A DNA stretch of 20,000 nucleotides, from the sequence record DRR723986_643; one strand, written 5' to 3'. Below are positions 1 to 8,664 of this stretch, piece by piece. Position 1 is the first letter of the stretch. Every line of letters begins with the position of its first letter. Both the position numbers and the translations under genes were made by a program. The notes below the pieces were generated by a model. That model worked only from the letters and a program-made list of their open reading frames with translations. It had not been told where the DNA came from and searched no databases.

Positions 1-192
1 TTTCTCGGGCTGCCCTGGGAAGACGCCTGTCTCGACTTCCACAAGCAAAAGGCCGCAGTCACCACGGCCAGCGTCGTCCAGGTTAGACAGCCCGCGCACA
101 CCCGCTCAGTCGGCAGGTGGCGGCGCTACCAGGATCAGCTGTCGGTGATGCAGCAAACCCTGGAGCAGGAGGGTGTCCCGCTTGCGTACTGA
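1..192 (+). CDS. Sulfotransferase family protein (probably TPR + sulfotransferase), C-terminal fragment, 5' truncated by window edge
   Basis: Not in ORF track. Frame 1 reads FLGLPWEDACLDFHKQKAAVTTASVVQVRQPAHTRSVGRWRRYQDQLSVMQQTLEQEGVPLAY*, TGA at 190-192. The GLxWExACLxFH...TAS..QVRQP....SVGRW..Y pattern is the typical C-terminus of bacterial Sulfotransfer_3 proteins. Confidence 0.85.
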   Translation, partial: FLGLPWEDACLDFHKQKAAVTTASVVQVRQPAHTRSVGRWRRYQDQLSVMQQTLEQEGVPLAY

Positions 193-219
193 CGCAGTCA
201 GGATTAACAGAGGCAACGG

Positions 220-235
220 CGGCATACGTCTTGCA
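220..235 (+). promoter_or_regulatory. Putative sigma54 (-24/-12) promoter upstream of the TonB-dependent receptor
   Basis: CGGCATACGTCTTGCA: GG at 221-222, exactly 10 nt, GC at 233-234, close to the consensus TGGCAC-N5-TTGCA. Intergenic and correctly oriented, about 115 nt upstream of the ATG. Confidence 0.6.
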
Positions 236-349
236 AGAAAATACGGTGGACCAGCGCTGCGAGCCGATTGCGGCACCGGTGCTTTCACGCTAGTCTCACC
301 ATACTAAGGCCGCGATTTGACGGCCAAACAGCCCAAACCCGGAGGGGAT

Positions 350-2833
350 ATGAACGACAACAACTGCCCACAAGCCAGAATATCCGGCCATACCGCATCC
401 ATCAGCAAGGCACGCACCACCGCCTCCACGCGCACAAGATTAGCGCAGGCCGTCTCGGTCGCGCTCCTTACTGGTGCAACGGCCGTACCAAGCTATGCAC
501 AGCAGCTCGAGGAAGTGATTGTCACCGCAACCAAGCGGGCTGAGTCGGTCATGGATGTACCTATCGCCATTACCGCCATGTCAGGCGAATCGATCCGCGC
601 GATCAACCTCAACGATATCAAGGACCTGATTGCCTTCACCCCGGGAATCAGCGGCAACAGTAAGGACAGCTTCCTCGATTTCGTCAGCGTTCGCGGTATC
701 CGCACGATTGATTTCGGCAACGGCGGCGATCCGTCCGTCAGCCTGTACAAGAACGGCCTGTACCAGGGGCGTAACGGCTCTGCCGTCTCCAGTCTCTACG
801 ACGTTGAACGGGCCGAGGTCCTGCGTGGACCGCAGGGCTTCCTGTTCGGCCGCAACTCGGTGAGTGGTGCGATGAACATCATCACCAACAAGCCGAATGT
901 CTCCGAGACCGAAGGCTACGCCGAACTGGATGTTGGTGAGCGCAACGTGCTGGTGTTCGAGGGTGGGGTCAATTTCCCGATCACCGATAACCTGGCGGTC
1001 CGGGTGGCGGGCTTCCACACGGAAGAAGACGGCTATGTCGAGAACAGCTTCGGCGGACCTGACCTGATTAACCATGAAAACCAGGCCCTGCGGATCACCA
1101 CGCGCTACGAATCGGACCGCATCACCGCTGACCTGCTGCTGGAATATGAAGATCGGGACCAGTTCGGCTCTGTCTATCGCGCGACCGGCAAGGGCGAGGC
1201 GTTCACTGACGCACAGACCCGGATCAACGGCGGCGTGCCCATCGAACTCTCCCGGGATGGTCGCACGGTCAACAATGACAATTCCCTGCAGCCCACCGAC
1301 CAGTCGGAAATTTTCTCCGTCGGCCTGCTGATGGATATTGACCTGGGCTTTGCAACCCTGACCTCGCTGACCGGGTACAAGGATCACGACTACCAGTACG
1401 TTGAAGACTACGACGCACTGCCGACCATCACCTTCAACTACGGACAGGACCAGAGCGGCGACTATTTCGAGCAGGAACTGCGACTCACCTCCAACGGTGA
1501 TGGGCCGCTGGACTGGTACGCCGGTGCCTCCTACTACAAGGAAGACATCGACACCGTGTTCCTGGGCCAGCAGGAGGAAGACGTTTACTGCCTCGGCTAC
1601 TGGTTCAATACCTGCCAGGACATGTTCGACTACTACAACTACCTGGATTCCTACTACGGCAATACCTATTACTGCGATTACTACCTCGATTACTACTTCG
1701 GCAGCTGTGACTGGACCGCGTCGCCCACCGGCCTGATTAATGACCGCAACCGGATTAAGGGCAAGTATGAGGGCTACTCCACCTACGTGGACCTGAAGTA
1801 CGCCTTCACCGAGAGTTTCGATATCGGTGTGGGTCTGCGTTACACCTATGACGAGAAAGAGTTCTCCCAGGAGGTCCTGGCAGATCCGGGTGGCTCGCTG
1901 CTGAACTTCAAGGTACAGACCGGCTTCTCCACCCCTGAAGGGGCGCTGGAAGACAAGCAGGACTGGGATGAAATCACCTGGCGAGTGGTGGCCAACTGGC
2001 GTCCGGATGATGACTCGCTGATCTTCGGCAGCATCGCCACCGGCTACAAGCCCGGCGGCTTCGGCAGCTTCAATATCGAAGGCCCCGGCGCTGAGGCGTG
2101 TCCCTTTGGATTGTGCGTTGGCGTCCCCGGCTCGGAACTGCCCGGGGACTTTGGCCCGGAAACGGTGACCTCGTTTGAGGTTGGCTACAAGGGAACCCTG
2201 ATGGATGGCAGGACCCAGGTCGCAACCACGGCATTCTACTACCAGTACGAGGACCTGCAGGCGATCTTCGGTGAAGGCCCGCGGACCATTGTCGACAACG
2301 TCGGCGAAGTCGATGGTTGGGGCATTGAGGCCGAGCTGAATACGGCCCTGACCGACAACTTCACCTTGCGCCTCGGCGCGTCGTGGTTCGATTCGGAAGC
2401 GAATGACGTGCAGGCGTTCTGCGGTGCCGGTGAAGTGATTACCGGTTCAGCCGATGCCTGTGAAGGCAACTCGATTCCCTGGGCCCCGGAATACACCGCG
2501 TTTGCCGTGCTCAATGCCAACTTCCCGATCGGCGACAACGGCGGCGAGGCCTTCGGTACGCTGTCCTGGACCTGGGAAGACGACTACCGCGGCGACTGGC
2601 CGGATCCGAGCGTGATCTACCAGCGCATCGAAGCGGTCAACCAGACGGACTTCATTATCGGTTACCGCCAGGAGTCGTGGCACGTCAGCGCCTACGTTGA
2701 GAACGTGTTTGATGACGTGTGGTACGACGGCGCCTACTCCGATGACCCGACCCCGGGTACCATCTTCGTCCAGCACACCTTCGGCCCGGCCCGTCCGCGG
2801 ACGGCCGGGGTTAGACTCGGCTACGAGTTCTGA
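350..2833 (+). CDS. TonB-dependent outer-membrane receptor
   Basis: ATG at 350 follows GGAGGGG (341-347), preferred over the TTG at 317. Long signal peptide ending ..PSYA, TonB box LEEVIVTA, plug motifs (SVRGI; VERAEVLRGPQGFLFGRNSVSGAMNIIT), barrel motifs (TGYKPGGF, PETVTSFEVGYKG) and C-terminal RTAGVRLGYEF ending in Phe. Confidence 0.96.
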   Translation: MNDNNCPQARISGHTASISKARTTASTRTRLAQAVSVALLTGATAVPSYAQQLEEVIVTATKRAESVMDVPIAITAMSGESIRAINLNDIKDLIAFTPGISGNSKDSFLDFVSVRGIRTIDFGNGGDPSVSLYKNGLYQGRNGSAVSSLYDVERAEVLRGPQGFLFGRNSVSGAMNIITNKPNVSETEGYAELDVGERNVLVFEGGVNFPITDNLAVRVAGFHTEEDGYVENSFGGPDLINHENQALRITTRYESDRITADLLLEYEDRDQFGSVYRATGKGEAFTDAQTRINGGVPIELSRDGRTVNNDNSLQPTDQSEIFSVGLLMDIDLGFATLTSLTGYKDHDYQYVEDYDALPTITFNYGQDQSGDYFEQELRLTSNGDGPLDWYAGASYYKEDIDTVFLGQQEEDVYCLGYWFNTCQDMFDYYNYLDSYYGNTYYCDYYLDYYFGSCDWTASPTGLINDRNRIKGKYEGYSTYVDLKYAFTESFDIGVGLRYTYDEKEFSQEVLADPGGSLLNFKVQTGFSTPEGALEDKQDWDEITWRVVANWRPDDDSLIFGSIATGYKPGGFGSFNIEGPGAEACPFGLCVGVPGSELPGDFGPETVTSFEVGYKGTLMDGRTQVATTAFYYQYEDLQAIFGEGPRTIVDNVGEVDGWGIEAELNTALTDNFTLRLGASWFDSEANDVQAFCGAGEVITGSADACEGNSIPWAPEYTAFAVLNANFPIGDNGGEAFGTLSWTWEDDYRGDWPDPSVIYQRIEAVNQTDFIIGYRQESWHVSAYVENVFDDVWYDGAYSDDPTPGTIFVQHTFGPARPRTAGVRLGYEF

Positions 2834-2841
2834 TGACCACT

Positions 2842-2897
2842 CCCTGCCGTCCCGGCAGGGCATCGACGCCCTCCCCTCCGGGGGCGGGCGTATTGTT
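2842..2897 (+). terminator. Tandem GC-rich hairpins between receptor and spdH-like gene (partial terminator or mRNA-stabilising element)
   Basis: CCCTGCCG-tcc-CGGCAGGG (2842-2860), then ACGCCC-t-CCCC-tccg-GGGG-c-GGGCGT (2866-2891) followed by ATTGTT, a weak U-tract. Confidence 0.55.
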
Positions 2898-2906
2898 TGG
2901 TGACAC

Positions 2907-4772
2907 ATGAAACATAGGATTTCCCGCCGCGACTTCGTCAGCGGCATAGCCCTCGGTGCGGCAGGACTCCATCTATCGCCCCTGGAGGCGGTGGCACAAG
3001 GTTTGCTGCCGGCATCGAGCATTGGCCCGGATTATTACCCACCGGCACTGACCGGAATTCGAGGCAGTCACGCCGGTTCCTTCGAAGTCGCCCATGCGGT
3101 AGCGCGCGAAGGCAGGTCCTTTCCGCTACCCAAGCAGGTGAGCGAACAGGTTTACGACCTGGTCGTCGTGGGCGCCGGCATCTCCGGCCTGTCCGCGGCC
3201 AAGTTCTTCCGTGACCGTCACGACAGTGACAGCCGGATCCTGGTACTGGACAACCACGACGATTTCGGCGGCCATGCGCGCCGCAACGAACTGGATGTCG
3301 ACGGGCAGACCCTGCTCGGTTATGGCGGCAGCCAGACCATCGACAATCCCTCCGCTTACTCGCCGGTAGCGAAACAGCTGCTGCGGGACGTTGCGATCGA
3401 CACCGATCGCTTTTATGACTACTTCGACCAGACTTTCTTCAGCCGACGCAATATGACGGCGGGCCTGTACTTCGACCCGGCAAGCTATGGCCGGCACCAG
3501 ATCGTCGCCAACCCGATTGAGGCGGATGGGCTGACGCCGGAGCAGCTGGAAGCCGCAGTACGGGCCATGCCCATACCACCGGAAGACCAGACGGCCTTCC
3601 TCACCCTGCTGGCAGGGGGCGTGGATTACCTGGCAGGTAAAAGCCTGGCGGAGAAGGAAGCCCTGCTGCGCAATATCAGCTATCTCGACTACCTTGAGCA
3701 GTACGCCGGCGTTCCCGCGTCAGTGCGTGAGATCCTGCGCGATTCCTTCCTGCCGATGATTGGTGTGGGCTGGGAAGCAGCTTCCGCCTGGGAGGCGCTG
3801 GAATACCAGTTCCCCGGCACGGCAGATCTGGGGGGTGGCGTGCACCACGAACGTTCTGAACCCTACATCCATCACTTCCCCGACGGCAATGCCGGCGTCG
3901 CGCGATCCCTGGTCCGCGATCTGATTCCGGAGGCCATGCCAGGCAAGAGCATGGAAGACCTGGTTACCACCCGGGCCAACTACGCGGCGCTGGACCGCGA
4001 GGGATCGCCAGTCAGGGTGCGCCTCAACAGCACCGTGGTGCAGGTACGCAACAGCGTCGACGGCAGCGGGGTTGACGTCACCTACGTCAACAAGGGCAAT
4101 GCCTACCGGGTGCGCGCCAGGCACGTGGTGATGGCCTGCTACAACGGGATCATCCCGCATATCTGCCCGGAGGTACCCGAGGCACAGGCGTCAGCGATCC
4201 GCTACGCCACCAAGATACCCTTCGTGATCGGCAGCTTTGCCATCCGTAACTGGCAGGCCTTTGCCGACGCGGGCTATTACATGCTGTACACCCCGGGCGA
4301 CGTGCTGTTCAAGCGTATGCGGCTGGACTTCCCGGTAAGCATGGGCGACTACCAGTTTGCGCAGAAGCCCGACCAGCCGATCGTGATTTCCGCCTGGCAC
4401 TCGCCGACCGCCCGTGGCCTGCCGAACATGCAGCAGTACAAGGCGGGTCGCGCAAAGCTGCTGCAGATGAGCTACACGGATTTTGAGCAGGACATTTTCT
4501 CCCACATGGACGGCATGCTGGGCCCGCACGGATTTGACGCGGAGCGGGACATCGCGGCCATCACCCTGAACCGCTGGCCCCACGGCTATGCCTACGAGTT
4601 CGAGGGGATCGGGGTGCCCGCAGAATATGACCGCTATAACGGCCCGCACATCGCGGGGCGAGCGCAAATCGGCCGCATATCCATCGCTAACTCGGATTCC
4701 GAGGCCTATGCTTATGTCGACGGCGCGATCGATGCAGCCTCCCGCGCGGTGAATGAGCAGCTCGCGATTTAG
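2907..4772 (+). CDS. spdH: Spermidine dehydrogenase SpdH-like FAD/haem-b amine oxidoreductase, Tat-exported
   Basis: Twin-Arg signal ISRRDFVSG; YYPPALTGIRGSHAGSFEVAH; Rossmann motif YDLVVVGAGISGL; NHDDFGGHARRNE; EPYIHHFPDGNA; LNRWPHGYAY; IANSD. All are collinear with P. aeruginosa SpdH as recalled, including the two His residues described as haem ligands (EVAH, RWPHGY). Exact substrate uncertain. Confidence 0.82.
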   Translation: MKHRISRRDFVSGIALGAAGLHLSPLEAVAQGLLPASSIGPDYYPPALTGIRGSHAGSFEVAHAVAREGRSFPLPKQVSEQVYDLVVVGAGISGLSAAKFFRDRHDSDSRILVLDNHDDFGGHARRNELDVDGQTLLGYGGSQTIDNPSAYSPVAKQLLRDVAIDTDRFYDYFDQTFFSRRNMTAGLYFDPASYGRHQIVANPIEADGLTPEQLEAAVRAMPIPPEDQTAFLTLLAGGVDYLAGKSLAEKEALLRNISYLDYLEQYAGVPASVREILRDSFLPMIGVGWEAASAWEALEYQFPGTADLGGGVHHERSEPYIHHFPDGNAGVARSLVRDLIPEAMPGKSMEDLVTTRANYAALDREGSPVRVRLNSTVVQVRNSVDGSGVDVTYVNKGNAYRVRARHVVMACYNGIIPHICPEVPEAQASAIRYATKIPFVIGSFAIRNWQAFADAGYYMLYTPGDVLFKRMRLDFPVSMGDYQFAQKPDQPIVISAWHSPTARGLPNMQQYKAGRAKLLQMSYTDFEQDIFSHMDGMLGPHGFDAERDIAAITLNRWPHGYAYEFEGIGVPAEYDRYNGPHIAGRAQIGRISIANSDSEAYAYVDGAIDAASRAVNEQLAI

Positions 4773-4831
4773 CGAATTTGCCGGCGGGCAGAACTATCAG
4801 AAGCAGTCTTCACGTTTAAAGAGGAAAGACT

Positions 4832-5275
4832 ATGAACAAAATCATCAGCACAGTATGCGCACTGGTACTGGCAGGCAACGCACTGGCGGCAGACCAGGCA
4901 ACCGTCGTGCCAGTGAAGATCACCCCCGATGATATGGCAGGGGCAATCTTCGAGCGCGAGGACATGACCGAAACCACGCACGAGGACGGCCACGTCACCC
5001 TGGATGTGACCAGCCTGCTGTCCAGCGACAAGAAGTTCGCCTCAGGCATGTACAAGTCTGGGAAAACGCGCGCCGAAATCAACGAACCCTATGGCGTTGA
5101 CGAGTTCATGTACTTCCTTTCCGGCAGCGTTACCCTGACCTCCAGCGACGGCACGGTGCAGACAATCAATGCGGGTGAAGCGGTCACCATTCCCAGGGAG
5201 TGGACCGGCATCTGGGATACCGACGGCTACACCAAGATCTGGGTGATTTACTCGGCAGACGGCTCAGGGCTCTAA
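4832..5275 (+). CDS. Secreted cupin-domain protein (DUF861/Cupin_3, EutQ-like)
   Basis: SD GAGGA upstream; Sec signal MNKIISTVCALVLAGNALA; cupin core DEFMYFLSGSVTLTSSDG..INAGEAVTIPREWTGIW. Confidence 0.8.
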   Translation: MNKIISTVCALVLAGNALAADQATVVPVKITPDDMAGAIFEREDMTETTHEDGHVTLDVTSLLSSDKKFASGMYKSGKTRAEINEPYGVDEFMYFLSGSVTLTSSDGTVQTINAGEAVTIPREWTGIWDTDGYTKIWVIYSADGSGL

Positions 5276-5294
5276 ACAGCGTCACCTGCCAGCC

Positions 5295-6890
5295 ATGAAC
5301 GCCAAGCGCTTCGACGCCATTGTCCTTGGTGCCGGCCACAACGGCCTGACTACGGCCAATTACCTCGCCATGGGCGGCATGAACGTCTGCGTACTGGAGC
5401 AGCGCGAGGTGGTCGGCGGCGCGGCGGTCAGCGAAGAATTCCACCCCGGGTATCGCAACTCGCTGGCCTCCTACGTGGTCAGCCTGCTGCGTCAGGAAGT
5501 AGTCAGGGACCTGGAGCTTGAGCGTTATGGCTACGAGCCCATCCTGCTGGAGAACACGCTTTACCTCGACTCGCGGGGTGACTACCTGCTGCTGAACGGC
5601 AACGAGGCGCACGACCGGGCACAGTTCGCGCGCTTCTCGGCCACCGACTATGACGCGATGCACGCCTTCGAGGACAGCGTCGACAAGGTCGGCAGCATTC
5701 TCGCCCAGCAGTGGCTGCGCGAGCCTCCGAAGCTGCACGGCGGCGGCCTCAGCGACCTGCTCGACAGTGTAAAGCTGGGCCTGGACGTCTATCGCCTGGA
5801 CGAGGACAGCCGCTGGCGCCTGCTGCAGTTTTTCCTCGGCGCCCCGCAAAGCATCATCGATCGCTGGTTCGAAAGCGATAAGGTCAAGGCCATGGTTGCC
5901 GCGCATATCATGCCCGCCAACTACACACCCCTGAGCCAACCCGGGGCCAGTCTCGCCATGCTCCATCACGCGGTGGGCGAGGTCGGCGGGCGCAAGGGGG
6001 CCTGGGGCCTGGTACGCGGTGGCATGGGCACCATTACCCAGGCCATGGCGAGCTCCGCCCGGGACAAGGGCGTCACCATCCGCACCGGCGTACCTGTGGA
6101 ACGCATCCTGGTGGAGAACGGCGCGGTCACCGGCGTACAACTGGCAGGTGGCGAAACCCTGGCATGCCCGCTGGTTGCGGCCAATACCGACCCGAAGCGG
6201 ACTTTTCTCACCTTGCTCGGGGAACAACACCTGCCGGCCGACTTCGTGCGCGACATCCGCGCCTTCCGCCAGGAGTCGGCGTCACTGAGGATGAACCTTG
6301 CGCTCAGCGCGCTGCCGGAATTCGCCGCGCTGCCGGGAGCGAGCATCGGCCCGCAGCACCGGGCCAGTATCAGCCTGATCGAAAGCATGCAGCACGTGGA
6401 CCAGGCTTACTGCTCCGCCAAGCTGGGCATTCCCGCGGACCCGCCGATCGTCGAAGCCATCATTCCCAGCGCCAGCGACGACAGCCTGACCGACACCCCG
6501 GGCACCCATGTCATGAGCCTGCTGTGTAAGTACATGCCCTATGACCTCGCCAACGGCGAGCACTGGGACACCAGGAAGCCGGCGGTAGTCGAGGCGGTGC
6601 TGGATCATGTAGGCAAGTTCATTCCCAACCTCGGGGACATCCTGGTCCACGCGCAATGCCTGTCGCCCCTGGATATCGAGCGCCTGTTCGGTATGACCCG
6701 GGGCGATATCTGTCACGGGCGTATGGAACCCGACCAGCTGTACAGCGCCCGCCCCCACCCGCAGGCTGCCCAGTACGCGACACCGGTAAAAGGCCTGTAC
6801 CTTTGCGGCTCAGGCACCCATCCGGGCGGTGGCGTCACCGGCGCACCCGGGCACAATGCCGCACGCCGAATCCTGAAAGACCAGCGCTGA
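5295..6890 (+). CDS. COG1233 (phytoene dehydrogenase-like / PYROXD2-like) FAD-dependent oxidoreductase, paralogue 1
   Basis: DAIVLGAGHNGL; GGAAVSEEFHPGYRNS..SYVVSLL; GGMGTITQAMA; C-terminal GDICHG and GLYLCGSGTHPGGGVTGAPGHNAA. Confidence 0.88.
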   Translation: MNAKRFDAIVLGAGHNGLTTANYLAMGGMNVCVLEQREVVGGAAVSEEFHPGYRNSLASYVVSLLRQEVVRDLELERYGYEPILLENTLYLDSRGDYLLLNGNEAHDRAQFARFSATDYDAMHAFEDSVDKVGSILAQQWLREPPKLHGGGLSDLLDSVKLGLDVYRLDEDSRWRLLQFFLGAPQSIIDRWFESDKVKAMVAAHIMPANYTPLSQPGASLAMLHHAVGEVGGRKGAWGLVRGGMGTITQAMASSARDKGVTIRTGVPVERILVENGAVTGVQLAGGETLACPLVAANTDPKRTFLTLLGEQHLPADFVRDIRAFRQESASLRMNLALSALPEFAALPGASIGPQHRASISLIESMQHVDQAYCSAKLGIPADPPIVEAIIPSASDDSLTDTPGTHVMSLLCKYMPYDLANGEHWDTRKPAVVEAVLDHVGKFIPNLGDILVHAQCLSPLDIERLFGMTRGDICHGRMEPDQLYSARPHPQAAQYATPVKGLYLCGSGTHPGGGVTGAPGHNAARRILKDQR

Positions 6891-6897
6891 GCGAAGG

Positions 6898-8628
6898 TCA
6901 GCTCGCCAGCGGACCGTAGCGGCGGCGGATAAGATAAAAACTGAACAGCCCCAGCGGCACGAAGAGCACGGCGGGACCAAAGGCGAACAGCGCCTCGGCA
7001 CCTGACCAGTTGATCGATCCGTCAGCCAGCAGCTGCCCCGCACCCGCCTGGTAAGGCTTCACGTACCACTGCAGCAGCACAAAGGGCATAGCCAGCCCAT
7101 ACAGAACCAACAGCAGCGGTGCCACCAGGGTCGTGCGGGTCATGGCGGGATCACGGTCCTCGGACGGCGCCCGGTGCAGACGCATGCGGTACACCGCCTC
7201 AACGCGACTTACCCGACCGGCACGCGATACCAGCACGATCGCCAGCAGGCTCGCCAGGGTGCCGAGCACCGCCGGGTCAAGGTAGCTGGGCAGCGAGATC
7301 CAGCCCAGATAGACCAGCGCCGCCGGTACAACATTGCCAAGGAAGCCGCAGACGATTCCCCAGTAAGCGCCAGCGGCCGTAATACGCCGGCTCCAGATAC
7401 TCATGAAACCCACCGGCCCCCAGGAGGAGGCGAACACCGTGCCGATAAACAACATGATCCAGAACACGTTCGGCGGCACCCAGTAGCAGGCGACCAGCAC
7501 AACGAGGGCGACGAACAGGACCGCGCTGCGGGTCTTGCCGAGGGTAAGGTGACCGGGCCGCGGCGTGACGTCGTTGCTCACGCTGAATCCCACCAGGGAC
7601 AGGAAGGTGGAAGCCGAGGACAGCGCCGCAGCCATGATACCGGCCAGCAGCAGGGCGCCGAGCAACTCGGGCACACTGTTCTTCGCCGCCCAGATAATCA
7701 CTGTTTCCGAGGGGCTGATGCCAGGATTGAGGAGGTTGATCAGGCCGCCGGCACCATAAATGAGGATCTGCATCGCGATAACCGCAAAGCAGGCGTAGAT
7801 CGCCGAGCGAATCACCACGTGCTCATTGCGCGCCATCAGGTGGCGGCTGGCCTGCCAGGGGCTGACTGCGTAGACCACCGCCCAGCTGATATCAATCACC
7901 ACGAACCAGATCAGGAAATCCACGGCAGTGGGCCAGTCGGTGCCGGGGCCGATGATGCCGTGCCAGGACGTGATATCCGGCTTCACCTCGGAGCGGGTGA
8001 GCGCTTCGACGGATGACGCCACACCGCCGAGATCCTGAACCAGGAAGATAACGAATGCCAGCGTGGCCAGACCGAACAGCAGGAACATCATGGTGTCGGT
8101 GATGATCACGCCCCGTGAGCCGGCATACATCGTAAACAAGGTATAGCTCAGCCAGGCGGCGAGCAGTGATTGCTCATAATCCAGAGCGGTGAGATCGGCC
8201 AGCAGTATGGCCGCGCCCTGGGTGACAACCAGCAGGTAGCCGCCCAGGCCGAGAATGATGGTGAGTCCCGCCGCCTGCTGCACCCGACGACTATTGAAGC
8301 GCTGGCCGAGGAAATCCGCGACCGTCGGCGCGCGACTGCGGCGCAGATAGGTGCCGAACAGCAGGGCACCGTAGACGTAACCGGTAACCGCAATACCCGG
8401 CAGGATGATATAGGCGCCCAACTGACCATCGTAAGTAAACGCGGCCTCACCGAGGAAGATCGAGGTACTGAACACACTGGCCACCAGTGTGCCCACGATC
8501 AGGAAGGTCGGCGCCCGCCTCCCGGCCACGAAGTAATCATCCAGCTGCTTGACCTGGCGCCCGCTGTAACTGCCCACGAAGACAAACAGGGCAACGCTGA
8601 CAATGATCGTGGCGGTGTACAGGTCGAT
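6898..8628 (-). CDS. Sodium:solute symporter (SSS/PutP family); probable non-canonical ATC start at 8628
   Basis: DDYFVAGRR, YTMYAG-like TMYAGSRGVIITD, AGIMAAALSSASTFL, WSRRITAAGA, many hydrophobic helices. The track's GTG at 8577 would cut TM1; the frame stays open upstream as IDLYTATIIVSVALFVFVGSY, with AGGAGG (8642-8637) 8 nt before ATC (8628-8626). Confidence 0.88.
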   Translation of the reverse strand: MDLYTATIIVSVALFVFVGSYSGRQVKQLDDYFVAGRRAPTFLIVGTLVASVFSTSIFLGEAAFTYDGQLGAYIILPGIAVTGYVYGALLFGTYLRRSRAPTVADFLGQRFNSRRVQQAAGLTIILGLGGYLLVVTQGAAILLADLTALDYEQSLLAAWLSYTLFTMYAGSRGVIITDTMMFLLFGLATLAFVIFLVQDLGGVASSVEALTRSEVKPDITSWHGIIGPGTDWPTAVDFLIWFVVIDISWAVVYAVSPWQASRHLMARNEHVVIRSAIYACFAVIAMQILIYGAGGLINLLNPGISPSETVIIWAAKNSVPELLGALLLAGIMAAALSSASTFLSLVGFSVSNDVTPRPGHLTLGKTRSAVLFVALVVLVACYWVPPNVFWIMLFIGTVFASSWGPVGFMSIWSRRITAAGAYWGIVCGFLGNVVPAALVYLGWISLPSYLDPAVLGTLASLLAIVLVSRAGRVSRVEAVYRMRLHRAPSEDRDPAMTRTTLVAPLLLVLYGLAMPFVLLQWYVKPYQAGAGQLLADGSINWSGAEALFAFGPAVLFVPLGLFSFYLIRRRYGPLAS

Positions 8629-8664
8629 GCTCGTAGCCTCCTGCGCCGGCGGCAGCCGGACTCG

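Noticed and set aside
317-349. ORF-track starts at 317, 11501, 13176 and 14702
   Set aside because: Downstream starts (350, 11492, 13101, 14639) fit SD spacing, stop/start overlap or paralogue N-termini better.
1628-1700. CRISPR array or VNTR from the TACTAC repeats
   Set aside because: These are short degenerate in-frame Tyr codons with no repeat-spacer structure; treated as a protein feature instead.
4805-4831. Hairpin AGTCTT...AAGACT occluding the cupin RBS (thermometer or riboswitch)
   Set aside because: The 6-bp AU-rich stem with a large loop is too weak to support the claim.
6886-6902. Bidirectional terminator at the convergent junction (GCTGA-N7-TCAGC)
   Set aside because: The stem is only 5 bp, mostly formed by the two TGA stops, and has no U-tracts.
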